Assembly: GCA_046317855.1 (NCBI GenBank)
Contig: JBKCVM010000135.1
Coordinates: 1 to 58,195, forward strand
Reading direction: 5' to 3'
Length of the DNA: 58,195 nt
Source: Oligoflexia bacterium
Lineage (GTDB): Bacteria; Bdellovibrionota; UBA1018
Part shown: positions 38,944 to 51,042 of the stretch, piece after piece
How positions within the stretch are numbered: position 1 is the stretch's first letter
Layout: the number at the start of each line of letters is the position of its first letter
The notes under the pieces: model-generated
Seen by the model: the letters and a program-made list of their open reading frames with translations, nothing else
What the model was told of the DNA's origin: nothing
Databases searched by the model: none
Made by a program: the position numbers and the translations under genes

Positions 38944-40020
38944 TCAACGCAGCTTGAGCGTCGAAAGGGTCACAATCGCCAAAAGGATCGAAATGATCCA
39001 AAAACGGACGATCACTTTGGGCTCAGCCCAGCCTTTCAGCTCAAAGTGATGATGGATCGGGGCCATTTTGAAAACCCTCTTTCCGGTCATTTTGAATGAA
39101 AGCACTTGGGCCATTACTGAGAGGGCTTCAACTACAAAAATTCCGCCACAAATAGCAAGCAACAGCTCGTTCTTGGTGATGACTGCCACAATTCCAAGGG
39201 CAGCGCCAAGCGCCAGTGAGCCCACATCCCCCATAAAGACTTGGGCTGGGTAAGTATTGAACCAGAGAAAGCCCAGACAAGACATCGCTACGGTAGCCAG
39301 AAAAATAGACAACTCTCCCGCCCCGGGGATGAACGGAATCTGAAGATATTGAGAAATCAGAGAATTTCCGGCGCAATACGCAAGAATCAAAAACGTCAGG
39401 GATGTAGTAATCGTGGGACCCACAGCAAGCCCATCGAGTCCGTCCGTCAGGTTTACAGCATTGGACGCTCCCACGATCACCAAAATCGCAAAAGGAACGA
39501 AAGCGGCTCCCAACTCAAGTGTCCAATCCTTAAAAAACGGAAACTTCAACTCGGTTGGCACCGCCTCAACCCGGTAGAGCAAATACGCCACAACTAAGGA
39601 GATCAGTGTTTGAAAAAGGAGCTTGTAACGGCCGGGCAGACCCTTGGGGTTTTTGCGAATCACCTTACGATAGTCATCGACAAATCCCACCGCTCCAAAT
39701 GCCAGGGTAGAGAGCAGCACCAACCAAATGAGGGGATTTGAAAGGTCTGACCATAGAAGGGTCGAAAAAGTGATGCCCATCAAAATGAGCCCCCCTCCCA
39801 TGGTGGGAGTCCCCTTTTTAGAGAGGTGAGACTGGGGGCCATCATCGCGGATGGCCTGCCCCATTTGCTTCTGCTTGAGGAAGCGAATGTAAGCAGGCCC
39901 CAGAAGCATACAGAAGAGAACCGCCGTAATGGCGGCCCCGAAAGTCCTAAATGAAATGTATTTGAATACGTTCAGAGCAGAGAACTGCGTATGCAGCGGA
40001 TACAGCAGATGAAAAAGCAT
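38944..40020 (-). CDS. mraY: Phospho-N-acetylmuramoyl-pentapeptide transferase
   Basis: [41 protein letters not shown]. Confidence 0.98.
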   Translation of the reverse strand: MLFHLLYPLHTQFSALNVFKYISFRTFGAAITAVLFCMLLGPAYIRFLKQKQMGQAIRDDGPQSHLSKKGTPTMGGGLILMGITFSTLLWSDLSNPLIWLVLLSTLAFGAVGFVDDYRKVIRKNPKGLPGRYKLLFQTLISLVVAYLLYRVEAVPTELKFPFFKDWTLELGAAFVPFAILVIVGASNAVNLTDGLDGLAVGPTITTSLTFLILAYCAGNSLISQYLQIPFIPGAGELSIFLATVAMSCLGFLWFNTYPAQVFMGDVGSLALGAALGIVAVITKNELLLAICGGIFVVEALSVMAQVLSFKMTGKRVFKMAPIHHHFELKGWAEPKVIVRFWIISILLAIVTLSTLKLR

Positions 40021-40055
40021 GGTGACGGGAGGTTACAGATTTTCAAAAATCAAAG

Positions 40056-41606
40056 TCAAGACTTTAGCCGTCCTGAGTCGTCCTTGCGGCGGGCACACGC
40101 CGCAGCCGCCACCTCTCGGTCATCAAAGTGGATTTGGGTCGTCCCCAAAATCTGGTAATCCTCATGTCCTTTCCCAGCAATGAGCACCAGATCTCCCCGC
40201 CTGGCCAAGCCGATCGCAAGGTCTATCGCCCGTGCTCGGTCCTGTTCGATACGACTCCTCGATGATAGCTTTTCCGGAATACCGGACACGATTTCCTGAA
40301 TGATCGCAGCAGGATCCTCAGTTCTGGGATTATCAGAAGTAATCACCGCCCAGTCCGAGAGTTCTGCCGCCAACCTTCCCATGACAGGCCGCTTGGTCCG
40401 GTCCCGATCACCGCCGCAGCCCACCACTGTGACGATCTTTTGTCCGGGTTGCCTCAGCTCCCCCAAAGTTTTGAGGACCTTTTCAAGAGCATCGGGCTTG
40501 TGCGCATAATCCACCAAAACCACAATCCCCAGGTCATTCGAAACACGCTCGAGCCTACCCGGAACGCTACCAAAAGTGGCGATTGCACTCGAAATTTGCG
40601 TAGACGAAACCCCGAGCACACGGCAAGCCTCTGCAGCCGCAATCAAGTTGTAGGCGTTAAAGCGCGCAAAAAGATTGGCTCGAACTAAAATCGCGTCACC
40701 CTGTTTGGACTGCATTTGACCAGTGATTCCGTCCATCCCTAACTTTAAGTTCAGCCCACAAAGATCCGCCGAAGTGTGATCCATCGAATAGGACCGAACG
40801 GAGTCCGTGCCCAACAAAGGCCTCAATTCAGAGAGAAGACGCCGCCCGTATTCGTCATCAGAGTTGACCACTGCGGTGCACGTTTTGCCTGCAGTCTTGG
40901 CCTGGAGTGGATAAACAGAAAAAAGCAATCTTTTGGACTGAAAGTAGTCTTCCATATCCAGATGAAAATCCAAATGCTCGCGCGAGAGGTTCGTAAAGAC
41001 CACGACGTCAAAGGCGATTCCGGCAGTTCGGTGCTGCTTCAAGGCATGAGACGAAACCTCCATGACCACAGCAGTGCAGCCTTTTGCCTTCATGGTAGAA
41101 AGAAGCTCCTGGAGCTCCGGGCTACCGGGCGTCGTGTGTGTGGACGGAAGCACATCGTCTCCCACCCTAAAATTGACCGTGCCAATCACTCCCACTTTGT
41201 GGCCTGCAGCTCTGAGCATGTGCTCCACCAAGTAAGTCGTCGTTGTTTTGCCACTCGTACCGGTCACTCCCACTATCTTCATAGCGTGCGAGGGATTTCC
41301 GTGCGCATGGGCCATCGCCCAGCCCAAAGCTTCGCGGGTATCTCGAACTCGGATCAACCGAGCGCCCTGTTCTCTTGAAGCACACTTAAAATCGGTCTCT
41401 ACGACACAAGCAGCTACTCCCTGATCGATCAGCGCTGACACGTAAGAATGCCCATCGATCTTGGAGCCGCGGATCGCAAAAAAAACAGAGCCAGGCCCTG
41501 CTTTTCTCGAGTCAGTGATGAGCTGTGAACACTGCACCCACTGCTGACTTAACGAATCAGGCATTTCAACAACAAGGGGTCCAAAAAGTTGACCTAAAGC
41601 GATCAT
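40056..41606 (-). CDS. murE: UDP-MurNAc-dipeptide--meso-DAP ligase
   Basis: DSR, GTSGKTT, HTTP, MEVSSH, EHLDFH, DYAHKPD, DNPR (mDAP-type), AGKGHE. Confidence 0.97.
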   Translation of the reverse strand: MIALGQLFGPLVVEMPDSLSQQWVQCSQLITDSRKAGPGSVFFAIRGSKIDGHSYVSALIDQGVAACVVETDFKCASREQGARLIRVRDTREALGWAMAHAHGNPSHAMKIVGVTGTSGKTTTTYLVEHMLRAAGHKVGVIGTVNFRVGDDVLPSTHTTPGSPELQELLSTMKAKGCTAVVMEVSSHALKQHRTAGIAFDVVVFTNLSREHLDFHLDMEDYFQSKRLLFSVYPLQAKTAGKTCTAVVNSDDEYGRRLLSELRPLLGTDSVRSYSMDHTSADLCGLNLKLGMDGITGQMQSKQGDAILVRANLFARFNAYNLIAAAEACRVLGVSSTQISSAIATFGSVPGRLERVSNDLGIVVLVDYAHKPDALEKVLKTLGELRQPGQKIVTVVGCGGDRDRTKRPVMGRLAAELSDWAVITSDNPRTEDPAAIIQEIVSGIPEKLSSRSRIEQDRARAIDLAIGLARRGDLVLIAGKGHEDYQILGTTQIHFDDREVAAAACARRKDDSGRLKS

Positions 41607-43576
41607 TCGACCGCAAGCTGTAGCTGAACTTGAGTCCTTCCTGCAATGGCGTTGCCAGCTTCTGGAAACTGCGACTTGACGAGCCCCTCACCCCGGATCT
41701 CCACTTCAACAGGATGCCCCTGAAGGGCCCGCAACGCCTCTCGGGCAGTAAAGCCCACCAACGAAGGCATCCGGAACAAAGACGGCAGAGCGGACTCACC
41801 TCCGGCGGCTGGTGCCGCCCCTTCCCAAGTCAGCGGATCCCGCTTGCGGACCTGCGCAAGAATCGGCGCCGAACGCGCCCCTTCAGGAGCGCTGGGGGCA
41901 AGCGGAGAGTCTGCCGGGATACTGAAACGGTTCACGACTGATTGAAGAACTCGCTGAAACAGTGGCGCTGCAGTTTCAGAGGCATAGTAAACGCCTCGAG
42001 GCCCATCGAGCGCAGCGTAAATCACGAGTCTGGGCTCCACTCCTCGCGCAAAGCCAATGAAACTCGAAATGTACCGAGTCTTCGAATATTTTCGAGTTCC
42101 CGGTTCGACCGTTTGCGAAGTGCCCGTTTTTCCAGCAACAGAGTACCCTTCGAGCCGAGCTTTTTCACCGGTCCCGCCTTCACTGGTGACAGAAGACAGC
42201 GCCTGCTGAACCTGCTCTGCCACAGCCTGGCTCAGGACTCTCCGAGGCGGCTCTCCCTGACCCGTCTCACTTTGAATCAGCGTGGGTTGCACCAGCCATC
42301 CGCCATTTAAGAAAGTAGCATAAGCACGTGCCATCTGAAGAGGAGTCACAAGCACTCCCTGACCAAACCCCACGTTGGCCAGAGTGAGGGGCTGCCAAGA
42401 CTTGCCCGCGGGCATTTTTCCAGCGATCTCCCCAGGAAAACCAGTCCCCGTGCGCTGACCAAATCCCATCTGTTGAAGAGTTTTAGAATAGGTCTCAGCT
42501 CCCAGCTTCAAAGCAAGCTTAGCCGAGACCACATTGCTAGAAACTTGGATCATTTTCTTGAGGGTGATCCACTCAAACTTTTCATGAGACTCCGCCTCTG
42601 AAATTGTTTTCCCTTGGACTTTAAAGCTCCCTTGGCCTCCCCAGATCTGATCGCTGAGCTTCATCCCGCCTGAAAGCGCAGATGCCAGAAGGACAGGCTT
42701 CAGAGTCGAACCCGGTTCGTATCCGTCGGTAAGGGCCCGATTTCGACGACTTTCAACTGGGGCCAGTCTGAAATTTGGATCAAAGGTTGGCTCATTGGCA
42801 ACCGCCAGAATTTCTCCGTTAGTGGCATTCATCACAATGACACTCCCCGCTCGGGAGCCAGTGCGCGCAATCGAAAACTTCAGTTCTTGCTCAACCGCAT
42901 ACTGAAGTGACGAGTCCAGCGTCAGCCGAACCGGTGTGCCGTCTCGTACTGTTCCTGCAGCAGTGGCATCCAAAAAAGTGGCGCGCCCCAGAGCATCACG
43001 AGTGGTGTTGACGGCTACCACACTGCCCTTGAGCTGCGAATCTCGCCAAAGCTCTACGCCTTCTGTTCCTTCTGAATCTACGTTTGTGCTGCCAAGAACA
43101 TGCGCGGCCAAATCATGATGAGGATAAACACGCTTACTCTCCCGGACTAGCCAAAGCCCCTCAACTAAGTCTCCATCTGCCGCAATGATCTGAAATTTCT
43201 TTAAGAGATTGAGCTCTTGTTCAGAGAGATGTCGCTTGATCCAGGCAAAGCCTTTTTTGTCTCGAGTCTTTGAGAGAATTTTATCAATCTGAAGATTTAA
43301 GGACTTGCCCAGCAGTCTCAGGATATCTTTTCGTTTTCGGAGCTTAGCAGGATTGGCGGCAAGACTTTGCGTCTCAATGTTTACGGCAAGTGCCTCACCG
43401 TTTCGATCCAGAATCGCGCCGCGACGGGGGCTCAGGAGAACCTTGCCACGAAATTGCTTGCGGGCCATCTGCTCAAGTCGGTCATCTCGAAGGATCTGGA
43501 TGCTAAACGCGCGCCCCACCAGCAAGAGCGCCATGACCGTTGCACCTCGGCGCACCCATCGCAACCTCTCATTCAT
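41603..43576 (-). CDS. ftsI: Class B penicillin-binding protein FtsI/PBP3 with C-terminal PASTA domain
   Basis: RGAILDRNG, RVYP, EPGSTLK (SxxK), SSN, KTGT; position in the dcw cluster. Confidence 0.95.
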   Translation of the reverse strand: MNERLRWVRRGATVMALLLVGRAFSIQILRDDRLEQMARKQFRGKVLLSPRRGAILDRNGEALAVNIETQSLAANPAKLRKRKDILRLLGKSLNLQIDKILSKTRDKKGFAWIKRHLSEQELNLLKKFQIIAADGDLVEGLWLVRESKRVYPHHDLAAHVLGSTNVDSEGTEGVELWRDSQLKGSVVAVNTTRDALGRATFLDATAAGTVRDGTPVRLTLDSSLQYAVEQELKFSIARTGSRAGSVIVMNATNGEILAVANEPTFDPNFRLAPVESRRNRALTDGYEPGSTLKPVLLASALSGGMKLSDQIWGGQGSFKVQGKTISEAESHEKFEWITLKKMIQVSSNVVSAKLALKLGAETYSKTLQQMGFGQRTGTGFPGEIAGKMPAGKSWQPLTLANVGFGQGVLVTPLQMARAYATFLNGGWLVQPTLIQSETGQGEPPRRVLSQAVAEQVQQALSSVTSEGGTGEKARLEGYSVAGKTGTSQTVEPGTRKYSKTRYISSFIGFARGVEPRLVIYAALDGPRGVYYASETAAPLFQRVLQSVVNRFSIPADSPLAPSAPEGARSAPILAQVRKRDPLTWEGAAPAAGGESALPSLFRMPSLVGFTAREALRALQGHPVEVEIRGEGLVKSQFPEAGNAIAGRTQVQLQLAVE

Positions 43577-43896
43577 TTTGCTCGGACCTCACCCAAAGCA
43601 CCTGATCCCATATAGACCACTTGGTCGGGCCGCGGCTGCCCGAGACCAAAGCGCGACCGCGCAATCCCCTCAAGTCGACGAGGGGACTTGAGACCCGCCA
43701 CTCTCAGCTCAATTTGTTCTCGATCCTGCTGAAGAACTCGAATCGACTTTTCAGCCTGTGAAGCCTCGTAAGTCGACCGCACCACTCCAAGCCTCACCCA
43801 CACCGTCAGGATTGTAAAAACCAAGAGCACTGGCCAAATCCAGCGAGGAAACGCTGAGCCGGAACTCCGTTTTCTGGGGCCTTGCCTAAAGGTCAT
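43573..43896 (-). CDS. ftsL: Cell division protein FtsL
   Basis: Basic N-terminus, one TM, coiled coil, SPRRLEGIA...GL..P; between rsmH and ftsI. Confidence 0.85.
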   Translation of the reverse strand: MTFRQGPRKRSSGSAFPRWIWPVLLVFTILTVWVRLGVVRSTYEASQAEKSIRVLQQDREQIELRVAGLKSPRRLEGIARSRFGLGQPRPDQVVYMGSGALGEVRAK

Positions 43897-44825
43897 AGCG
43901 TCCTTTCATTGATCCACTCGGCAATACGTAGTTTAGCGCTCCTGGAGCGCGGATTGATCTGAATTTCAACTTCACTGGGCTCGATCGGTTTTTTCTGCAA
44001 TGATCGCCAACCCCACTCGTTGCCCCGAGCAAAAGCTTGCTTAACCATTCGATCCTCTAACGAATGAAAGCTCAGAATCGCCGCCCGCCCCCCTGGAGAT
44101 AGGATCGCGGGTAATACCGACTCGAGCAAGGCCTTGAGTTCACTCAGTTCATCGTTCACCCAAATTCTGAGTGCTTGAAAAGTGCGCGTGGCGGGGTGCG
44201 TTCGACCCTGACGAGCGGAGGGCGGAAAACACGAGGCGACCAGCGCAGCTAAGCCAGTCGTCGTGTCAGGAAGTTGACCGGCAGACCGCGCCTCAACGAT
44301 CCGGCGAGCGATCTTTCTCGAAAATCGCTCTTCTCCTAGCTCCCAAATGATCTTGGCAAGATGAGCCTCAGTCTCGGTCGCAAGCAAAGTCCGAGCCGTG
44401 TGCCCCCGCGCAGGATCAAGCCTCATATCGAGAGGTCCCTCCAGGCGAAAGCTGAACCCCCTCGAAGCTTCGTCAATCTGATCACTCGAAAATCCAAGGT
44501 CTGCAAGGACCCCCAGAACTGGTAAATGAGTGAGTCGCTCTCGAAGCTCAGAAAACCGAGAATGAATGAGCAAAAGACGCCCCTGTGAAATCTCCTCTGA
44601 AAATCTTTTTTGGGCTTGCTCGATCGCTGTCGCATCTTGATCAACGGCCACCACGCGATGCTTCGAACCCGCCTGAGTTTTAGTTAAGCGCTCCAATAGA
44701 GCTGCCGTATGCCCGCCCCCCCCCAGCGTACAGTCGACCAAAACTCCACCACTTTGAGCGCGCTCAAAAGGAACAGCAAGGCTCTCAACGATTTCGGGCA
44801 GCAGAATCGAAACGTGACGGGTCAT
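43893..44825 (-). CDS. rsmH: 16S rRNA m4C1402 methyltransferase
   Basis: DCTLGGGGH, DLGFSS, RGFSF, PLDMR, FQALRI, SFHSLEDR, NPRSRSAKLR. Confidence 0.98.
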   Translation of the reverse strand: MTRHVSILLPEIVESLAVPFERAQSGGVLVDCTLGGGGHTAALLERLTKTQAGSKHRVVAVDQDATAIEQAQKRFSEEISQGRLLLIHSRFSELRERLTHLPVLGVLADLGFSSDQIDEASRGFSFRLEGPLDMRLDPARGHTARTLLATETEAHLAKIIWELGEERFSRKIARRIVEARSAGQLPDTTTGLAALVASCFPPSARQGRTHPATRTFQALRIWVNDELSELKALLESVLPAILSPGGRAAILSFHSLEDRMVKQAFARGNEWGWRSLQKKPIEPSEVEIQINPRSRSAKLRIAEWINERTL

Positions 44826-45295
44826 TTCAGTGCAATCTCCCGATGAGGGGATTCTCCCGCCAGATCGAGTACAAAAGTCACAGGGCCGTCATTGACGAGC
44901 TCCACTTTCATATCTGCTTGAAAGACACCGCTCTGAGTCTTTAAACCCAAGCTTCTGCTGCATTTCACCGCATGCTCAAAAACTGAAACTGCATGATCTG
45001 GAGAACCTGCCCCAGTAAAACTGGGACGATTTCCCTTACGGAGATCCGCTAACAGGGTGAACTGTGACACCAGGAGATGCTCCCCCCGCACTTCAGAGAG
45101 ACTTGAATTCATTTTTCCCAAAGAGTCCGGAAAAATCCGAAGCTTGGCAATCCGCTCCATCATGCGCTCAGCGGTTGCAAAGGTGTCTGCCGATTCCACT
45201 CCAAGCAAGGTCAAGAGACCCCGTTCGATCGAAGCCACCTTTCGTCCCTCTACTTCGACGGACGCTCGAAGCACGCGCTGGATCACCACTTTCAT
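44822..45295 (-). CDS. dtd: D-aminoacyl-tRNA deacylase
   Basis: MKVVIQRV, LRIF, VSQFTL, KGNRPSF, NDGPVT. Confidence 0.97.
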   Translation of the reverse strand: MKVVIQRVLRASVEVEGRKVASIERGLLTLLGVESADTFATAERMMERIAKLRIFPDSLGKMNSSLSEVRGEHLLVSQFTLLADLRKGNRPSFTGAGSPDHAVSVFEHAVKCSRSLGLKTQSGVFQADMKVELVNDGPVTFVLDLAGESPHREIALK

Positions 45296-45302
45296 GGGCT
45301 CA

Positions 45303-46595
45303 CTATCTCAAAAAATAGCGCTCAATGGCGCGTCGGGCGACATAAGAAGACTTCACTCGCCAGTGTTCTCGATGGATGGTCAAAGCTGCAAGCGCAATAC
45401 TTTTATCCCCCATCTTTCCAAAACCTACGAACCAATCGTATTTTCCTGGAGGGTCAAAACCCGTCAGCGATCCCGTCTTGCCACCCACGTCCACGGTCTG
45501 CCGGGTGCCTCTAGAGAATCCCCTAAAACTCCTGCGAGATGTCCCTGCGACCACAGTCTGCCGCATCAACTCCATGAGCTCGGACGCCACCTGGGGTGAC
45601 AACGTGGGCACGGGCTCCTGGCTTTCAGCTTCGTAAATGGTCTCACCATCGGCAAGATGCACAGACTGGACGGCATAGGGCTGAATCATTTTTCCCCCAT
45701 TGACGATGGACGCGGCAATCAACGCGCCCTGAAGAGGGCTCATGGTGGTCTCGCGTGTAAACCCAGAAGCAGCCTCAGCAAGAGACCAAGGGTCTGCATC
45801 CACAGAAATCGAGGCCCTGCCTGGCTGAACCGGAAGATCTGACGCGATCTGACGGTTGAAGCCAAATTTGGCAGCATAATCTCTGAGCTTCTCAGCGCCC
45901 AGATTAAAAGCTCCAATTTTTCCAAAAACTGTATTGATCGACTGCCCAAATGCATCTCTGAGCGAAACACTGCGTGTCCAGCGGTTATGTTGGTCTTTCA
46001 GCACGTTGTTTCGGTACAACGAATGGTTCGAGCCATTGAAGGCCACCCGGGTATCAGCATTGAACCGCTTTTCAGCAATGGCTGCTGCTGCAGTCACCAC
46101 TTTAAAAACAGAAGCAGCTGGAAAGGTGGCCCTCAACGCCAAGTGATCACCCAACGCTGGCAAATCTTCAGAAGCCTGCCCCCGCTTTTCATGACTCACT
46201 AAGGCGAGCACTCGGCCGCTTTCTGGGTCCACCGCCGCAAATGCCCCGTGATCTGGCAAGTATTGCCTAAAGAGGGTCTCAATTTCAGACTGAAGATCCG
46301 GGTCAAAACTATATTGAACGATGGCCTCGCGTTTTTGGGTGCCAGCTCGGCCCTGCACCTCAATCACCCCAGGTAAGCCTGCCCCATTTTGAACGTACTC
46401 AGAGCCGCGGGAGGTAGCGTCGCCCCCTAAAGACAGCGCCCTGGCCAGATCAGCGCGCGAAATGACCTGTCGTTTTTCAAAAAAAGCCGCGATTGTTGGG
46501 CTCTTTTTCTTTAAAACAAATGCCATTCCGGCAATGCCAGGAATCAGCAAAGCTAAGAAAATCGGCAATTGGATCTGTGAAACCTTAAGAGACAT
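45303..46595 (-). CDS. Membrane-anchored, transpeptidase-domain-only penicillin-binding protein
   Basis: N-terminal TM; PAASVFK (SxxK), QSIN (SxN), GKTGS (KTG); no recognisable transglycosylase or full pedestal domain. Confidence 0.88.
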   Translation of the reverse strand: MSLKVSQIQLPIFLALLIPGIAGMAFVLKKKSPTIAAFFEKRQVISRADLARALSLGGDATSRGSEYVQNGAGLPGVIEVQGRAGTQKREAIVQYSFDPDLQSEIETLFRQYLPDHGAFAAVDPESGRVLALVSHEKRGQASEDLPALGDHLALRATFPAASVFKVVTAAAAIAEKRFNADTRVAFNGSNHSLYRNNVLKDQHNRWTRSVSLRDAFGQSINTVFGKIGAFNLGAEKLRDYAAKFGFNRQIASDLPVQPGRASISVDADPWSLAEAASGFTRETTMSPLQGALIAASIVNGGKMIQPYAVQSVHLADGETIYEAESQEPVPTLSPQVASELMELMRQTVVAGTSRRSFRGFSRGTRQTVDVGGKTGSLTGFDPPGKYDWFVGFGKMGDKSIALAALTIHREHWRVKSSYVARRAIERYFLR

Positions 46596-46603
46596 GGATT
46601 TTA

Positions 46604-46632
46604 AGTCTGACTTGCTGGAGCGATGTGGTCAA
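46604..46632 (-). promoter_or_regulatory. Candidate sigma70 promoter upstream of the PBP-dtd-rsmH-dcw genes
   Basis: Minus strand TTGACC-N17-CAGACT, 8 nt before the PBP ATG. Confidence 0.4.
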
Positions 46633-46644
46633 TCGATGTCAGCG

Positions 46645-47532
46645 TCACTCTTTTGACTCCAGTTCCTCTCCTCGCTCCTCTTGAGATTCGTCTTCTGGTT
46701 CATCTTTTGGCTCCCCGTCAGCTTTAGAAACCTCGACCCGGGCTTCGAACGCCATCCGCTCTGCCAGAGCGTTGCTCCGCTGCTCCTCAGTAATGCGCTG
46801 GGCCCTGACCATTTTTGAAAGGATCTCAGAGAGTGTTTTGCGAGCATAGGGGGTCAGCTTCTTTTGACGAAACGATTGACCATACCGAATCGGACTCGGA
46901 AGTAACAAGGCGAGAAAAGCTCCCTCTCGGGCAGTGAGCTCAGAAGGAGCCTTGTTAAAATAAAACTGCGAAGCCTTGCCGATCCCAAAGATCCCCGGCC
47001 CCCACTCGGCAATATTGAGGTAAATCTCCAGGATTCTGGACTTACTCAGCTCGCGATCAAGGCGGGCAGCTAAAACCAGCTCGCGGATTTTTCTCCAAAG
47101 TGTCTTCTCTCGCGTCAAAAAAACATTTCGAACTACTTGTTGCGTGATGGTGCTTGCACCGCGAGCAAACCGACCCTTTTTTAGATCGTGCTGCATAGCT
47201 TCACGCATCTGATCGAGGTCGTATCCAGGATGGGAGTAGAAAGCCCAATCTTCACTCACAAGAATTGCACCGACCGCATGGCTTGAGACACTCGAGATCC
47301 GAACCCAGCTCAGCGGCCGACTCGAAATGAGCTCCACCGTCGGCGGGTTGCCTGGTCCCCGGAAGTGGACCACAGGGTACTGCGACCCGAGCACCTCGAC
47401 CGGCGGAAACTCTGTCTGCACCCACTGCCAGCCCACCCAGGCAAGCGCAACACTGCCCAGTAGCAACGCACTTAGAACGGGAAGAAAAGAACCTGCTTTT
47501 CTAGATATCTGGCGAAGAAAATCGCGCCTCAA
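46645..47532 (-). CDS. mtgA: Monofunctional peptidoglycan transglycosylase (GT51)
   Basis: TM anchor; EDWAFYSHPG, GASTITQQ, RKIRE, EIYLNIAEWG; acidic tail. Confidence 0.9.
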   Translation of the reverse strand: MRRDFLRQISRKAGSFLPVLSALLLGSVALAWVGWQWVQTEFPPVEVLGSQYPVVHFRGPGNPPTVELISSRPLSWVRISSVSSHAVGAILVSEDWAFYSHPGYDLDQMREAMQHDLKKGRFARGASTITQQVVRNVFLTREKTLWRKIRELVLAARLDRELSKSRILEIYLNIAEWGPGIFGIGKASQFYFNKAPSELTAREGAFLALLLPSPIRYGQSFRQKKLTPYARKTLSEILSKMVRAQRITEEQRSNALAERMAFEARVEVSKADGEPKDEPEDESQEERGEELESKE

Positions 47533-47583
47533 GTAGGTAAAACTCCGCTTGTTTCAGCATGATCCAAAATGTAGACTCGACGC

Positions 47584-48444
47584 GTGCAAATCAAGAAAAA
47601 AACTCAACAAAACCTTCCGGGACTGAAAGGGAACGCTTTTCTGGTTCCCAACAACAACCGGATCTACACTAATGCGAGAAAAGCAAAAATCGCAGGTGAT
47701 ATTCTTGAGCGCTACACCGGAAGCCCGGTGGACCGGTTCCGCAAACAAATCATTTTGACTAATTTTGATTACTACGTTGAACGGTTCGATAATCTCTGCG
47801 GCGACGAGCGCTATAAAGGCTCAGCCATGCGTGTTGTCCACAGCTCTAAAGAAGACGTATCCATCATTGATTTCTCTATCGGCTCTCCGACGGCTGCGTT
47901 GATCATTGAGATTCTCTCTGTGGTTGAGCCCAAGGCTGTCTTGCTCTTAGGGATGTGCGGCGGCCTCCATCGCTCGCTTAAAGTGGGCGACTTCGTGCTG
48001 CCGACTGCTGCGATTCGGGACGAAGGTGTGTCACGGCATTTTATGCCGGCTCAGGTCCCCGCCTTGCCCACTTTTAAAATTCAAATATTCGTTTCACAGA
48101 TCGTCATGGAGAGGGGTCTGGATTATCGAACCGGCGTGGTCCACACTACGGATTACCGCTTCTGGGAATTTGATGATCGCTTTAAGGCCCAGCTCTACGA
48201 GGAGCGTGCCCTGGCCATTGACATGGAAACTTCCACCCTTTTCGTGGCAGGCTTTGCAAGCAAGGTTCCGATCGGAGCTTTGCTTTTAGTTTCGGATCTT
48301 CCGCTACAGCGGGGTGGCATCAAGACAAAAAAGTCGGCAAAATCAGTCTTTCGTAAATTCACAGACCTTCATCTTGAGATCGGAATCAAGGCGATGAGCG
48401 AAATTGCAGTGCGCGGTGAACACATCCGGCATTATCGTTGGTGA
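47584..48444 (+). CDS. amn: AMP nucleosidase (short, PNP/UDP phosphorylase-family type)
   Basis: LERYTG, ILTNF..Y, IGSPTAA, LGMCGGL, AIRDEG, TTDYRFWE, DMET, LLVSDLP. Confidence 0.85.
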   Translation: MQIKKKTQQNLPGLKGNAFLVPNNNRIYTNARKAKIAGDILERYTGSPVDRFRKQIILTNFDYYVERFDNLCGDERYKGSAMRVVHSSKEDVSIIDFSIGSPTAALIIEILSVVEPKAVLLLGMCGGLHRSLKVGDFVLPTAAIRDEGVSRHFMPAQVPALPTFKIQIFVSQIVMERGLDYRTGVVHTTDYRFWEFDDRFKAQLYEERALAIDMETSTLFVAGFASKVPIGALLLVSDLPLQRGGIKTKKSAKSVFRKFTDLHLEIGIKAMSEIAVRGEHIRHYRW

Positions 48445-50221
<1,777 letters not shown>

Positions 50222-50222
50222 A

Positions 50223-50834
50223 ATGGCCTATAACCCCAAGGATTATTACTTCCACAAAGCCAAATCAGAAAACTACGCTGCTCGCTCTGCATTCAAGCTA
50301 GAGGAGATGGATCAACGCTTTAAAATCTTTAAGCCGGGGATGAAGATTCTAGACCTCGGTGCTGCTCCGGGCTCTTGGTCACAGTACGCCTCACGCAAGG
50401 TGGGCTCACTTGGCGCAATCCTTGGGATCGATCTGCAAGAGATCCGTCTCGACCTGCCTAACGCTCGATTCATCCAAGCTGACCTGAGGGATTTGAATCT
50501 AGAGGATATCTTCAGGACTCACGGCTTTTCTCCACCCTTTGACATCGTGATGTCCGACATGGCTCCTAAAACCACTGGAATTCGACTCCAGGACCAAATC
50601 CGGTCGCTGGAGCTTTGCGAGCTCGCCCTTGAAATCGCACTGCGCAACCTCAAGCAACGAGGCACTTTTATCGCTAAACTCTTTCATAGCGATGAGTTTG
50701 AAGGGTTTCGAAAGAAGCTTCGTGTCTCATTCTCGAAAGTAGAAGTTCTGAGGCCCAAGAGTACTCGAAAAGAGAGCAAAGAGATTTTTCTCGTTGGGCT
50801 TCTCTTTCAAGGAAACTCCAAAAAGGCAGACTAA
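50223..50834 (+). CDS. rlmE: 23S rRNA Um2552 methyltransferase
   Basis: ARSAFKLEE, LDLGAAPGSWSQ, MSDMAP, KLF, RKESKEIF. Confidence 0.96.
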   Translation: MAYNPKDYYFHKAKSENYAARSAFKLEEMDQRFKIFKPGMKILDLGAAPGSWSQYASRKVGSLGAILGIDLQEIRLDLPNARFIQADLRDLNLEDIFRTHGFSPPFDIVMSDMAPKTTGIRLQDQIRSLELCELALEIALRNLKQRGTFIAKLFHSDEFEGFRKKLRVSFSKVEVLRPKSTRKESKEIFLVGLLFQGNSKKAD

Positions 50835-51013
50835 CGAATAGGGTTGGGATTGGGGCATTTTGGACACGGCGCAGCGACATCATTGACAATCGTCGCCCAA
50901 AGGCTTCTGACCGAACGATTGAGCGAACCATTGATGGTGGCCACTAACAAAACTGCCAAAAAGATCATCAAAACGTATTCGACCACTGCTTGGCCTGCAT
51001 GGGTCTGTCTCAT
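50831..51013 (-). CDS. Small Flp/TadE-like type IV pilin with a C-terminal CxxC
   Basis: Class III signal AG|QAVVEYVL (E5, Y6), hydrophobic helix, tail APCPKCPNPNPIR. Confidence 0.75.
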   Translation of the reverse strand: MRQTHAGQAVVEYVLMIFLAVLLVATINGSLNRSVRSLWATIVNDVAAPCPKCPNPNPIR

Positions 51014-51042
51014 TCTGCCATTTTAGGTTAGTGTTGAGTCCC

